The notes below the pieces were generated by a model, which was given only the letters and a program-made list of their open reading frames with translations, ran no database searches and was not told where the DNA came from. Below are positions 1 through 12,689 of a stretch of 64,000 nt of DNA, piece by piece (within the stretch, counting starts at the first letter, position 1; each line of letters begins with the position of its first letter). Source of the stretch: Kudoa neothunni (Eukaryota; Animalia; Cnidaria). A program made the position numbers and the translations under genes. The stretch covers positions 8,457,487 to 8,521,486 of the forward strand of contig OZ199840.1 in the NCBI GenBank assembly GCA_964304625.1. The letters are read 5' to 3'.

Positions 1-1853
1 CTATAATAATTTAGCATTCCACAGAATATCCTTACGTCCGTTTCATTAGAAGGTTTTTGCATCCTCATCACTGCTTCCACATTTTTTTTACTCTTCACTA
101 GGTCTTTTCTGGAAACATTATATCCGCAATATTCAATAGATTCGTTAAGGAAAGCACATTTTTCTTTGTTCAGGCGAAGACCATGCTGCTGAAGTATATT
201 CAGCACCTTATCTAACGTTCTCAAGTGTTCATTCCTCGTTTTCCCAGTAACAATAATGTCGTCCAAATAGCATTGAGCATCTGGTATACCATTCAGTAGC
301 ATATCCATCGTTCTTTGCCAAATAGCAGGGGCTGACGCCAACCCAAAAGGAAGCCCTCTGATATTCAAACAATCCTTTATGTGTTGTGATCGTCAAAAAC
401 TCCTTAGAAGAATTCTCAACATCCATTTGAAGGTAAGCATTTGCTAAGTCAATAACACTAAACGACTCTCCGCCGGCAAGAGTAGACATGATGTCTTCTA
501 CCCTAGGTGGTGGATATATATCCACATTTAGATGAGGGTTCAATGTGACAGAAAAATCAGCACAAATTCTTACTCCACCGCCTTTCTTTTCAACAGCAAC
601 TATAGGTGTAGCCCATTTGCTGAACTTGATAGGCTTCAATATGCCTGCCTCTACCAAGCGATCAAGTTCTATTGAAACCATTTCTTTCTTATAACACGAT
701 ATTCTTCGGTGCTTGCAAAAAACAGGCGGCGTATTAGATTTCAGTGATATTGCAGCTTTTGTTCCGTTGAAACATCCAAGTTCGTTCGAGGATAATTTAT
801 GATATTTCTTCAACAATCTGCCAATTTCTTTAGTTTCTATCTTCTTGATCTCTAATGGCCACTTTTCACACAGCACTTCTAGCCAGTCTCTGCCTATGAT
901 ATTGGGCCCATTCATTCCAGTGACAAAAAATTCTAGTTTGAGCATCTTTGATCCATAGCATATATCAGCTACACACGTCCCTCTTATCTCAGTATCTGAA
1001 CCTTCATAGCTTTTAAAACGTTCATATGATGGCTTTAGATAGCCCCCTATTTTGTTAAATGTTCTCCAATTCAATAAGGTAACAGGGGAACCTGTATCAA
1101 TCTCCAATTTGACAAATTTTGAGTTTATCATAACACGCATAAATAAAGGCGCCACATAATCAATTTCATTCAAACATTTTTCATTATTGTCATTTATACT
1201 AACAGTTTTAACCTTCATTGTTGTAATTCGCTTCCTGCAGGCTCTATTAATGTGGCCTATCTTCCCACAATTGTAACAAGTTGCGTCCACGAATTTGCAT
1301 TTCTTCGGATCGTGGTTTCCGTTGCATCTGTAACATGTTGGTGAAATTTCATCATTATTCTCTCGATTACCACCAATTTTTTTATTGTGAATTTTTCCAA
1401 TGTTACATTCTTTTCCGTAAGGAGTGATCGCTGTGCGCTTGCTAATTCACTCTTAAGTCCTCCAACAAATTTATCCCTGAGAGCTTCCTTCAAGAATGAG
1501 CCAAACTCACATTTTGCACTCATTCTTCGTAATTTCATAACATATTCAGCGACAGATTCATTCTCATCTTGTTCGGTTTTCCAGAATGTGAACCGTTCCG
1601 AAATAACAAGAGTCTTAGTATCGAAGTGTTCGCTCATCAAACTAGTAATTTCAGGCATTGTTAGCTTCGTCGGGGTTTTTGGAGCAGCCAGAGTTTTCAG
1701 CATTCCATAAGTTGGAGCATCCAAGGTAGAAAGTAACAGGCTTTTCTGCCTTTCCGGTTCAACGCCATTGGCCTCAACAAAGCATGAAAACCGCTCCATG
1801 AAGCAAATCCAACCCTCCTCATTAGGGCAAAACATAGGTAGGTTTGTAAGCAT
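1..1853 (-). pseudogene. gag-pol of a Mag-like Ty3/gypsy LTR retrotransposon, frameshifted, runs off the left edge of the window
   Basis: ATG at 1853 directly after the PBS. Gag-like MLTNLPMFCPNEEGW...LRDKFVGGL; two zinc knuckles (CYRCNGNHDPKKC, CYNCGKIGHINRAC); aspartic protease IDTGS; RT motifs WATPIVAV, RICADF, IDLANAYLQ, then after a frameshift near 355 LPFGLASAPAIWQ and CYLDDIIV. A second frame break lies near 1390. Confidence 0.93.
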
Positions 1854-1854
1854 T

Positions 1855-1864
1855 CTCGTCGCCA
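1855..1864 (-). promoter_or_regulatory. primer-binding site TGGCGACGAG
   Basis: Plus-strand ctcgtcgcca reads TGGCGACGAG on the minus strand, 4 nt inside the LTR end and immediately before the gag ATG; TGG start complementary to tRNA CCA. Confidence 0.85.
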
Positions 1865-1868
1865 GTAT

Positions 1869-2015
1869 TGTAAACGCAAGAGAGAGACACCACAAAGCAA
1901 CAATAACAACAATACAAATTGTTCCAAAATACATAAAATGCGAGGTATTGATATTATTTTGGTTGTTGATACTACAGAATATCACGCAAACAACTTTTGA
2001 ACTGCTTTCATTACA
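1869..2015 (-). repeat. 5' LTR (about 147 bp) of the gypsy element
   Basis: Bounded by inverted TGTAA (1869) and TTACA (2015), adjacent to the PBS. The partner LTR is outside the window, so the outer boundary is unconfirmed. Confidence 0.65.
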
Positions 2016-2194
2016 GATGGCTCTATAAACAAAACAAAAATAAGTCCTCGCTTTTCTGTCTCGAGATCTCGAACAATAACAGCATCACTCACGACAAAGA
2101 AATTCTATTATACAATTATAATTGTTATAAACCCGATTTTTATTTCACTGAGCATAATCCTTCACCAAACCATCTTCAAGCTCTTCTAGAAACT

Positions 2195-3898
2195 TAACTC
2201 TTGAACAATTTCGATCAAAGAAGACAGTCTTTAAGAATAAAATGAATTAGCCAAGTTAATACCAACCGTAATGAAGAGTGCTGCTGTCGACCATCGTATC
2301 GATTCATCTACTTTATACACTCGTTGTAACAATAATATGATCCATTGTTTCCACTCCTTCTTTTTAACGATCATATTCTAGATTAACAACAGGTTTTTTC
2401 AGTCTGTATCTTTAACATTTGTAATGAACCGGAGGTTGTTAGTAGTAAAATTTCTTTACCTTTTATAGGAATATAGGAACATAGGAGTTTAGTATCGGTT
2501 TTTGATAAAACAAAAGTATACTGAAACTTCCTGTTTTGAATTCTTATTTAGACAATTTGTAATATCTCTTTTACTATTTCGGATTGTTCCAGTCATTCTC
2601 CGTTTAAGAGTTTTTGGCCAATGGAAACAGAAGTAACGAAATTTTCACAAGTGATATTTCTCCCACTTTCTATTAATTATGACACAAAATCTAGAACAAT
2701 ATCTCCCCAATATTTTCTGACGTTTCATTATTAGTTTTATCCAAATACACAGGAAAGTTATGAGTGTTGTACTTGGTCTCGGGATTTGTAAGGAGAAAAT
2801 ACTTGATTCCGTATATTTCCGGCATTGATGGTATATATATATATAGCGCGGAGGTAAATTTTCCCTAAAAGCAAACAGCTGCTCTTCAATGGTCAAACTC
2901 TCCTAGAGTAATAAAGTTCGATACAACAATCTTTCGAACCTTTAAAAATATCGTCACCAATGGGGAAGAACTTATCCGTGATTCTTCAAGCTTCTCTGGT
3001 TTTTAATTCTTTATAATGAATGTTCCTCGAAATTTTATTAAACCCATTTATGACATAATCTTTCTAAAAATATCCCTTCGTTTTCCAACATTCCAAAGCA
3101 ATTTGAATCATTCTAGTTAAGATTTAAAAATTGGAATACAATTATGGATTCCCAAATTAGCTAATAAATCTTGTTTTAGAAAGTCTTCAAATAATTCTGA
3201 TAATTGAAATTGGCAAACGTGTTAATGTTTGAAATAACAGTTGAGGAAATGGATTCTATATAAAATATGAGGAATGATAAGCTAAGAAGGAGATTCTGTT
3301 TGAAGCATAAGAAGTGGAACCTGGATACTTTGAAAAATATTTTGTATAAAGCTTCTAGTTATTTGAAGTTTCTCAGAAAACCAATTAGCATCATCCTTAT
3401 CTTCGTAAATGTTTTTATGTGTTTATTATCTTCAGAAACATTAGAATGACATAAATACCTAAATTATCAAAAGCTACCATAAAATTCGTTGGTATCGGGA
3501 TCAAATTCATCCAAAATCTTACGCTCAGAACCATTCATGGTGGCGTTTTATTCTTCGGTAATGGTCGATATTTAGTGTATGTACGGTTTTTTCAATTTTC
3601 TGTTACCTCTAGATAAAATTTTATTTAATTCTCAAAAATGTTATAAATTATTTTTCTTTGTTGTTTGATAGAAAAAAAACGTGGGTTCCATTGGACCCCA
3701 AAAGAAGGAATGTGTAAGTATTTTGATTATTTCGTTACCTGAATGTACAAATTAAAATTTCCTGCTATATTTTAATAGAACTAATATTTATAGGAGAATA
3801 GATATGATCCTAAACCAAATGGTATAGTATAAGATTCTCTAAAATTGATTCAAACATCCATTGGGGTCCAATGTACCCAAAGACGCCCGGAAGTTTAA
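2195..3898 (-). mobile_element. decayed piggyBac-like transposon
   Basis: ORF 2645-2896 retains TIEEQLFAFR (cf. piggyBac TIDEQL..FRG). Subterminal palindromes gggttccattggacccc (about 3683) and ggggtccaatgtaccc (about 3863) lie next to a terminal TTAA at about 3895. Left boundary approximate. Confidence 0.7.
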
Positions 3899-4842
3899 TT
3901 CAATAAAGATTATTAAATATTTAATTTTAATATATTATGTGTTATTTTCTATATTTTGTTGGAGTTTTAATACTAAAAATAATTCATTTTTTAACGATTA
4001 AAATTTGTTAATATATACTTAAAGACAAATCCACTACATAATTAATCTATTTGATAAATATTTTAATTAATTAAGGGATATTATATATATAATTTTAGTT
4101 GAGACATTTATATGTATGGTCGGATTATGCATAAAAACAAAATGGGATCCGTGTTGATTCCATTGAACGCATTAGGGATTCGCCAGCGAGAAAGGTTAAG
4201 AATCACTGCTTTAAAGAAAAGATAAATATTTATCAAATAGTATGCTAAGCATCGTATTTCTTCCATTAAAAATATTATTTTGTCTGCTTAACAAAATATT
4301 TTGGTTAATTCTGTTATGTGAGCTAAATAATGCATAGGGAGTTTTGTTGTTTACAAATATGACTTAATGTCCCTTATTCAATCAAATAAAAAAAACCCAT
4401 CTTATATTCGAGGAGCACGGTATTAATAGAAGGAGAAATTGCACATTTAATTTTTTGGTAAATTTATTCATATTATAATCATTTTTAATTATATTATAAA
4501 GAAATTAATGCTGTCAACTTCAAACTAATGTCTGAATCTGAATTATAATTGCAATAATACTAATAACGTCCAACTAATGATGAAAATTTCCCGCGTATTA
4601 AGATTAAGATTATTATACTGGGGTTATCATATCTCCGGTTGGAAAATGCTGCTATAAAGGTCTTAGCAATTAAGGATTAATAATGTGATTATTTAAATAT
4701 TAGTTAGTTTTATATCTTAGTCTTTATAAGTAAGTCATCCGGCTAATTCAAATTATTACTACTAAAATTCGAACTTAAGGGAGGTTATAAAATCTATTTG
4801 AATTGATGTACCAAATCATCATAAATACAAAATTTTGTTTAG

Positions 4843-5870
4843 AATCGAAAATTTCGCATCAGCAGTACAGAAAAGGATAGCCCTCCTTGTGTAATAGATG
4901 TCATCTCGGGCCAATCAACATCAATATCTGAAGAAATGAATAAACACCCGTTGAAGAGTTCTCAATCAACAGATATTTTGAATTCAGACGAAGTCTTACC
5001 AAAGAGACCTCCGCCGCTTCCACCAAACAAATTTAAAACACTCGCCAAATCTTTGCTTTCTAACCAAGCAATCAGTGGAAAAACCGAAAAAGATCCATCC
5101 AATGCGTCGGCTGATAAATCATTTCGTTCTCGCGCCAAAACCCATGCACTCGAAACTATGAAACTATTTTCCAAACAACGGAAGAACAAAGCTCAAAGCG
5201 ACATTAATATCCCCGGTGATGTCGTACAGCCTCAGCGAATGCAATATTTTAAAGTTCATGTAATCTATCAATTAATGCGAATACCTATGTTAAATAGATT
5301 ATTATGGGATATTTAATCACCCATTCACATAATATATAAATACAATATATATATATATATAAATATGATATATAATTATATAGTATATCGGGATGCATCC
5401 AATCAAATACTTAGAGACTAAATCGAGAAAAATCGTCGAGGATGCTTTCGAAAAATCCAGGGTTTGCATCCAAAATGTGGACAAACTGCCGATAGTCGGA
5501 ATCACCATTGATGAGTTTAAATTAAGCATCGCCAATCATAAATCCAAAGTAACCGCAAACACACAATAACACACCATTAATTAACACATATTATTATCAA
5601 ATTAGGCAAATTTGTTCGACAGCTACTATAACGATGTATTCACGTTTACACAAGATTCAAAAGATTCGAACTTATTCGCGTATACGTCATTGGTGAAAGT
5701 TAACGAAAAATCCAAATATATTGCTCAAGTGTTCCGTTCAAGCAAATCGGTATAAATAAACACCTAGACAACACCAACGTTTGGTTGAATGGTATAATAT
5801 ATTTCTCTTTATATAGAAAGAAGTTGACAGAATGTGCAGATTTCTCTTTGAAAGATTCAGCACATTGTAA
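4843..5870 (+). CDS. PTB/PID (phosphotyrosine-interaction)-domain adaptor with Pro-rich N-terminal region; 5' end unresolved
   Basis: Exons about 4843-5259, 5384-5548, 5606-5749, 5817-5870 join via GT-AG introns in one frame: PKRPPPLPP ... YFKVH|YIGMHPI ... VGITIDEFKLSIANHKSK|... DSKDSNLFAYTS ... YIAQVFRS. This matches the PTB pattern FxVxYxG ... FAY ... CHVF. Confidence 0.7.
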
Positions 5871-6299
5871 GTTAACCACACCATGGATGATCGATGTAAC
5901 GAATGTGAACTGTGTGCGCTAATATGTATGAATTGCAATGCATGGATGGCTCAATGAAAACGACATCGATTCGTACTATCTTCTATTGAAATGTAAGCCC
6001 GGAATCTAGGTTTTTTAAAATCAAACTATATAAATAATCTTTCAGTTTTATACCTTTTTTTCTTTGCAACTACAAGTCTGATGTATCTTTTTGGTCGGAG
6101 CGACTGCGGTCGCATGTTCTTCGCTCCGTAAATACCAAATAACAATCGACGGGATCAACTTGTTGCTTATCGCGCATTTCAGCATCATCGATGTATCGGT
6201 TACAAAATTTCTTATCAAAATACAGTTTAAGTTTGTCAAAGCTCCTGCTCATTTCCTTGTGTATTTGCTCGCGCATAACGAATACTGTTAATCCTTTAA

Positions 6300-6372
6300 G
6301 GCGTGGCTATTCTCATGGACCCGTTTAATCCCTACTTCGGCACGGGCTATTCTTACGGTAAAGAATATCTCC
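6300..6372 (+). mobile_element. isolated terminal sequence related to the left end of the MULE at 48193
   Basis: ggcgtggctattctcatggacccgtttaatccc...ggcacgggctattcttacgg aligns with 48193-48262, including the doubled motif at 39-bp spacing. No partner TIR found. Confidence 0.6.
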
Positions 6373-8635
6373 TAGAATAGCTGAGATTTTATAAAACTAA
6401 TTTCACGAATGTGTAAAGCTATTTTGTATTTAATCGAAAATAAATTTTCATAAAGATATATTGTTATTAAATTTCGGCTACTGTGGAGCGTGTGGCCCAC
6501 CCATTTTTAGCGGTTTTTACGACTTTTTTTGTCGAAAGCGGCTTAAAAAATATTAAATGCATTTTTCATCTGGAGCATAACAAAATTTTTTCCAAAATTA
6601 TAAAAATAAATTTTTCTTCTAATCGCATATATGATAGTTGAGTCAACAACAAATCCTCATAACATTTTTTCATTTTTATTTTATTCTAATTAAAGCTATA
6701 TAATCATTTTTAGTGTTATGAATTTTCATTGTCAAATCTCTACATTATTAGAGGCAATTATTGAGCGTTATTTGATAATTGCCTCTTATATTGCGATTAA
6801 AGTGTGATTATTAATTGGAAAATTTTCAATTAACTAAGAAACAGTTACTAAAAAGGTTAATAATTAAAAATAATCTTTAGAAATGAAATTCATTTTGACG
6901 GATTATTATTAATATAAATTAAACTTTGTGTATTTAAGTTTATGTAATTTTTTTATCAATTTTTTATTCTCCGTTAAATGTAATATATTTTTGTTTATTA
7001 TTAAATTTCTTTTTTCTTCATATTCTTGATTTTTAATGGAGCAAAGAAATATAAATATTGAGTTAAGGATTTAATTAAATAAACTAAAACCTACAGTAAT
7101 ATTCTGATGTTTCTTTGACTCAAATTTAAGTTAAACTTCGAAATTAAATACGCATTTTATTCTTTTATGTTTAAAACAAATATTTTGATGAATATAATAT
7201 TAATTTAATTATTATATTATAATGATGTCGAATATTAAAAGTTTTGTGTAAAAAAACATAACTCAAACTGAATTCTCTTAATTTGTTGTTATTTGAAGGT
7301 TTTTTATAAAATCATGTTTTAAAATTCATCTTAAATAGAAATCAATACATTTTCTATTTCAATACAAAGTATGATTAATTTTTCCACCAAGCTATGATGG
7401 TTGTTTCTCTCCTCTTAGTTGCTGTAACGCAATGGCAGAAAAATTTTTTTATTAAAAAATCTATGTTGAGAAAGTGATAGAAAACAAGTGATCTTTGAAA
7501 GTTGACTAGTACCACAAATACTTATTTTACTCTTTTTTGTTTAATATTTGTTTTATGTAATTTCAATAAATTATATTAACGTTGATATCGATTTACAAAT
7601 GATACTTCTATATGATAATAAATGATATACGTATCTAGATTTTTAATGAACTAGGGATAATTGTGAAGTTATTCATAACCATTATTGAGGGTATAAATCC
7701 GTCCGAGCACTGCGATTTTCAGCCATTGGGACAATAAAAACATTTCCTACGAAAAGAAAAACCAATTACTTGTTTTATAGCTGGCACCAACAACCATCAT
7801 CTGTTAAGTGTATCGTATCCATTCGCAGTTGGAATAATGAAAATGACAATCTTTGGAGAAGATGAATATTATGTTCTTGTGATCATTCATCGGAAACTTT
7901 TTAGAAGTTATCAAAATTATTTTTCAGCTTTAATGATTGAAAAGTTTTGATCCGAATAAAAAAAATCAAGAAATAGAGCCTGCTTTGAATTATTATATTT
8001 TAATAGTCAAAATATGAAATTTAATTTTAAAAAATATTAATTATAAGATGATATATAAATAAAATATTAATCTACGTTAAAATTTACCATGTTTAGATGT
8101 TGAAAAATAATTAAATAGGAATGTAAGAAAAATAAACCAGGCTTCGAAGTAAGGACGAACATAATGGAGATAACACATGCTCGAAATCTCTTTGTTGATA
8201 CAATCTAAAAAGTTAGAAGTGGTTTTTGTGGTGATACTTTAAAGTCCATAATTTCTTTCTTTAACAAAAAATGAAAAAAAGTAAAGTTTGATTAGTGAAG
8301 ATGTTCTTTAGATGCCACAATCTTCATCATTACACTGTCAATTAGAGAATAAAATTTCCCAATCTTGCAAGATTTTCATGCTTTTGTGTAAAATTTATTA
8401 CTTAAGTATCGTTAGCTGAATATTGTCACCCATAAATAAACAAGCAATAAACAAATCCCATAATGAACCCCAAATAACTAATGAAATTATCAATCTTAAT
8501 TAAGTAATTAATAAATTTTGAACTAACTTTGGATAATTTGTATATTTCCTTAAATCGTAAATGAGGTAACTGAGTCAACAAGGATAAATACTAACTCTAT
8601 CCCTTCCTATTTTTAATCATAAAGTTTATTTCAAT

Positions 8636-10150
8636 ATGGCATGCCACCAAAAAGTTAGAAAATGAAAGGAAGAATACGTCAAACACTGTTTTACTAGAAA
8701 ACTCGTCGATTGTATTGAAAAACCACAATGCGTTCTTTGCAATGTCATTTATTCAAATTCCAACTTGAAGTCATCAAAGTTACTTCAACATTATAAGAAC
8801 AAACATGATGATAAATCCTTGCTTCTCGCCTCATTCAAAATAGCTTACGAAGTGGCAACAGCCAAAAAACCCCACGATATGGCAGAGACGTTGATAAAAC
8901 CATGCATCTTGGAGGCAGCAAAGATCGTTTTGGGTGAAGAAGAAACACAAAAACTCAAAGGAATATCACCATCCAACAATGTTATCCGCAATAAAATTGA
9001 TGAGATACGTGCAGATGTCTGATATTCTTGATAAAATAGTTTCGGATGTCGATAATTGTAGTCAGCTCATCGCTTTCGTAAGATATGTGAAATAGATTTC
9101 TATTGAGGAAGACTTTTTTGACGCCAACGGAATTCCAATCACAACTATTCGATCTATTTGTACCGATGAGGCACCTCTCATGTTAGGAAATAAATCGGGG
9201 TTTGTTACTTATATAAAATGCCATGCTCTGGACGTGATAATCACCCATTATATTTTGCGTCACCAAGCTCTGATGTCAAAAACTTTGCATATTGGTTTAA
9301 AATCAACAATGGATTATTGTATCAAAAATATAAATTTCATACGCGGAAGAGCTTTAAATTACAGACTTATTAAAGCATTTTGCAGTGAAATTAACGATGA
9401 AGCTGCTTCTGTTCTTATCTGCCACACAGAAGTAAGATGGTAGTCTCGAGGTCGTGTTTTTAACTTAAAATATGAAATCGAGCAATTTTTATTGGATCAA
9501 AAGTCGGATCTTGCCAATGTTTTCAATGTCCACAATTTCTCAATAATGTTGGCACACCTCATTTATATCTTTCAACACTTGAACGAATTAAATTATTCGC
9601 TTCAAGTAAAAGATATAAATATTATAAATGCTTCTGACAAATTACGAGCATCTCGCGAAAAGCTAACCTTATGGATTGTCAGAATAACAAATAAAAAATT
9701 GTTGGAATTTTCCATTATTAGAGGAAAATATTAAAAATGAAAATGTGAATTCACCAATTTTGCAAATTGAAAGATTCTTTTGATGGCTATTTTTCTACTG
9801 GCAACTTAAGTGAATCTGATAGTTGGATTGTCAATCCATTCGCCTTCAACATGTAAAAAATGGAGAACGATAATGACGGAAAATAAAATTTGATCAGATT
9901 GAGATCATGTAAATCAATGAAACTGCTGTTTGAGCCAAGTTTACTTGAGCACTTCTGGTGTCACGCCCATAAAGTTATCCCAATTTATCGAAAAAAGCGC
10001 TGAAGATTTTAATTCCATTTGCCACTATGTGGTTATGTGAATCGGGATTTTCCTCCCTTTTATACATAAAAAACAAGTGTAGAAGCACGTTAAAACCAGA
10101 AAATGACTTACGAATAGCTCTATACGACAAAAGTCTTCATTTCGATGTTT
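8636..10150 (+). pseudogene. decayed hAT transposase (Buster/Charlie, ZBED8/SCAND3-like)
   Basis: Fragmented ORFs with EKPQCVLC (BED-like finger), KKPHDMAETLIKPCI, ICTDEAPLMLG (TDGAPAM), HTEVRW*SRG, LNELNYSLQ and PFATMWLCESGFS (hAT dimerisation region); many stops and frameshifts. Confidence 0.9.
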
Positions 10151-10875
10151 TAATTGATTATTTTACAACTGTATTTTTTCGCATTAAGTGGTTAAAAAAT
10201 GTATATTCGTTCTATTGTCTACAAATTCATCGCGGTTAAAGGAAATATGTGCGCGTTATCTTATATAATCCGAATTTCAACTAATCTTAAAAATAGGAGT
10301 GTGGAAATTGCCGATACAGTTGCAGGGGGTGTCAAACCCAAAACGAATAGGGAAGCCCTGCAATAGATAGATAATTCTGAAGTAAATGTAACGATATCCA
10401 CAAATAAGGATTTTCCATAATTTTTGTTGTATATTTTTATCAAAAGTTTTTTCTTCAAATTAACGGTTTTGTAGTATTCAACCAATTTTAGTCTTAAGTA
10501 GTTTTTAATCCTTAAACATTATGAAAGATTGGAACGTAAGAAAAATCAGTTAATTACTGTAATATAACTCAATACAGAGATTTAGTCACTTTGCACACTC
10601 AAAAAATGCACAAAATCTATAATTGATGTACATTCGTTGACTTTGCTCCTGTCTCAAGGAAATCATGATAAATTGAATACCTATTATGCAAAACTGTAAA
10701 AAGATAACGAAATAGACGCGTGCAATTTGTCCCTAAAGATGCCACGCGCATTAACATTACCTAAGATTATTTTCTGCTAATCATAAACATTAAATTTACA
10801 AAATCGTTTAAATTTCGTTTTTCTATGTACAATTAAATTAATTTATAGGAACACTGAAAAGGATAAAAACGAAAA

Positions 10876-10995
10876 ATCATCGCAACACCCCGGGTTCCCA
10901 GAGGGTCGCCCACTCGAGTACTGACGAGGCCGACGGCTGCTTAACTTCAATGATCTGACGGGTATTGGTGTTACCAACCGCGTATGATCGCGACA
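10876..10995 (-). rRNA. 5S rRNA, copy 1
   Basis: 120 nt, exact reverse complement of 12570-12689. Eukaryotic 5S motifs CATAC, GAAGTTAAGC, AGTACT..GTGGG.GACC..CTGGGAA; T5 Pol III terminator; TATA-like element about 30 nt upstream. Confidence 0.93.
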
Positions 10996-11204
10996 TGGTG
11001 TGTTGATACTAATTTGAATATATAGTTTATTTTCATTTAAATACTAGAAAGGAATGCCTTATTGTTGAGTTTTCTAATGATTATGTTAGTTCACAGATTA
11101 AATTAATAACCTCTTTGAAATTCGTAACAGAGGTATCCTCAGATTTATGTCCAAGCACTTCCTCATCATACTTAACGAAGTCCATGAAATCATTTATTTC
11201 TCTA

Positions 11205-12275
11205 CTAGCGCTAATGCACAGGTTTACCTGTTATTGTGCGGTGGAGAATTTTAACTTTTAATTTTATATCTGAATGGAGAAATTCTACGGTAAAGTTAAT
11301 TTAGTCGGCACGTTAAACCCCGTAAAGTTTATATTTCCATTTTTATTTACGCATTTTAGAGTTTGGCATTATTTTTGCACCGTGATGATTTAGATCCACC
11401 CAAATATGCATGCACATTTCAGTAAAATGTAAATAGAGGTATTGAGGGAAATTAAATGAATATTTTTAAGTTTATTATACGAATTATTGACCAAAAATAC
11501 AATGATTACAATTTTATGAGTAATATAATTAACGATGAATATTAATTCTTCTAGTCCTAAAACTTATTATTAGTCTACAAATGATAAGAAATAAAAATAT
11601 TAATTGTTACTCCTGTTTCGTAATTTTATGTTGTTAATCAGATTTTAATAATTTGTGAGCGGAAATTTATACATTTATTCTTTTAACACTATTTTTCGAT
11701 TTTTATATAAATGTAACGTTTCTTCAAAAAATTATCAATTGTTTAGAAATAATATAATTGAATTAACAAAATATGATTAAATATAAAATATCAATTTTTT
11801 CTCTCTCAGGAATGCCCTTTTATAAAAATAAACGTAATATTTGACATTATCGGAATAAAAAAATAATTTCATGTTAACCAACGTAGTACGTTGTGTGAAT
11901 GGATTGTATTTTATCAGGAGTAATCTTGGATATAAATCCTTCGTTTACCAATGTCATGAGCTATGCCATATTTCCGCGCATTGTTTTTTTACCATTCTGA
12001 ATTATTTTTGACCTAAAGAAAACTTTATATTGATTTGAATATGAACGTTAAAATCTAAAGGTAGGAAATAATCAAATTTATGGGAATTTAAACATTACTT
12101 AAAAGTTTTCTCGTCAAATATAGAAAATTATTGAATTAGTTATGTCAGTTGTTTTGCAAGATGGTTTACGAAAACCAAAAAATCAGTAAAAACTTATCGA
12201 AAAGATTAACATAGTTTCAATCTCAGGAATTTGGATGGAGTATACTTTTCATTTAAGAAATTCTCCCAAATTAAT
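11205..12275 (-). mobile_element. non-autonomous Helitron-like repeat, copy A (in the 5S spacer)
   Basis: On the minus strand, hairpin acaggtaaacctgt is followed about 10 nt later by CTAG|T (11205-11208). Colinear diverged homology with 26663-27905 over about 1.1 kb. 5' boundary approximate. Confidence 0.65.
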
Positions 12276-12569
12276 AACTATTTTAACATTAATTCTTGTG
12301 ATCGTTAATATTTATTGATATCGAACGCATGCTCAATCAATATAATCGAGAAGGATGTGTAAAATTGGTTGCCTGTTGTATTAAGAAACCGAGATCTCGC
12401 CGCATTGCTTGACATTCATTTTAGCCAAAAAAACCTTATATTGACCCGATAAAATCATGGATTCATCGAAAAAAATTTCATATTGATTAATAAACCCTAC
12501 GATCAAACATTCGTTCCAATAATATTTGAACTAAAAAAACTATATATTCAAATTAGTATCAACACACAA

Positions 12570-12689
12570 TGTCGCGATCATACGCGGTTGGTAACACCAA
12601 TACCCGTCAGATCATTGAAGTTAAGCAGCCGTCGGCCTCGTCAGTACTCGAGTGGGCGACCCTCTGGGAACCCGGGGTGTTGCGATGAT
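12570..12689 (+). rRNA. 5S rRNA, copy 2
   Basis: tgtcgcgatcatacgcggttggtaacacc...gtgttgcgatga followed by TTTTT. The ends pair as helix I (with G-U pairs); internal control region motifs present; tatata at about 12541. Confidence 0.93.

Noticed and set aside
1375-1395. A7 run that could act as a -1 slippery site linking the two gag-pol frames
   Set aside because: The shift lies upstream of the zinc knuckles and the helix normally following LTLEK appears to be missing, so an internal deletion is simpler. RT also has an independent frameshift.
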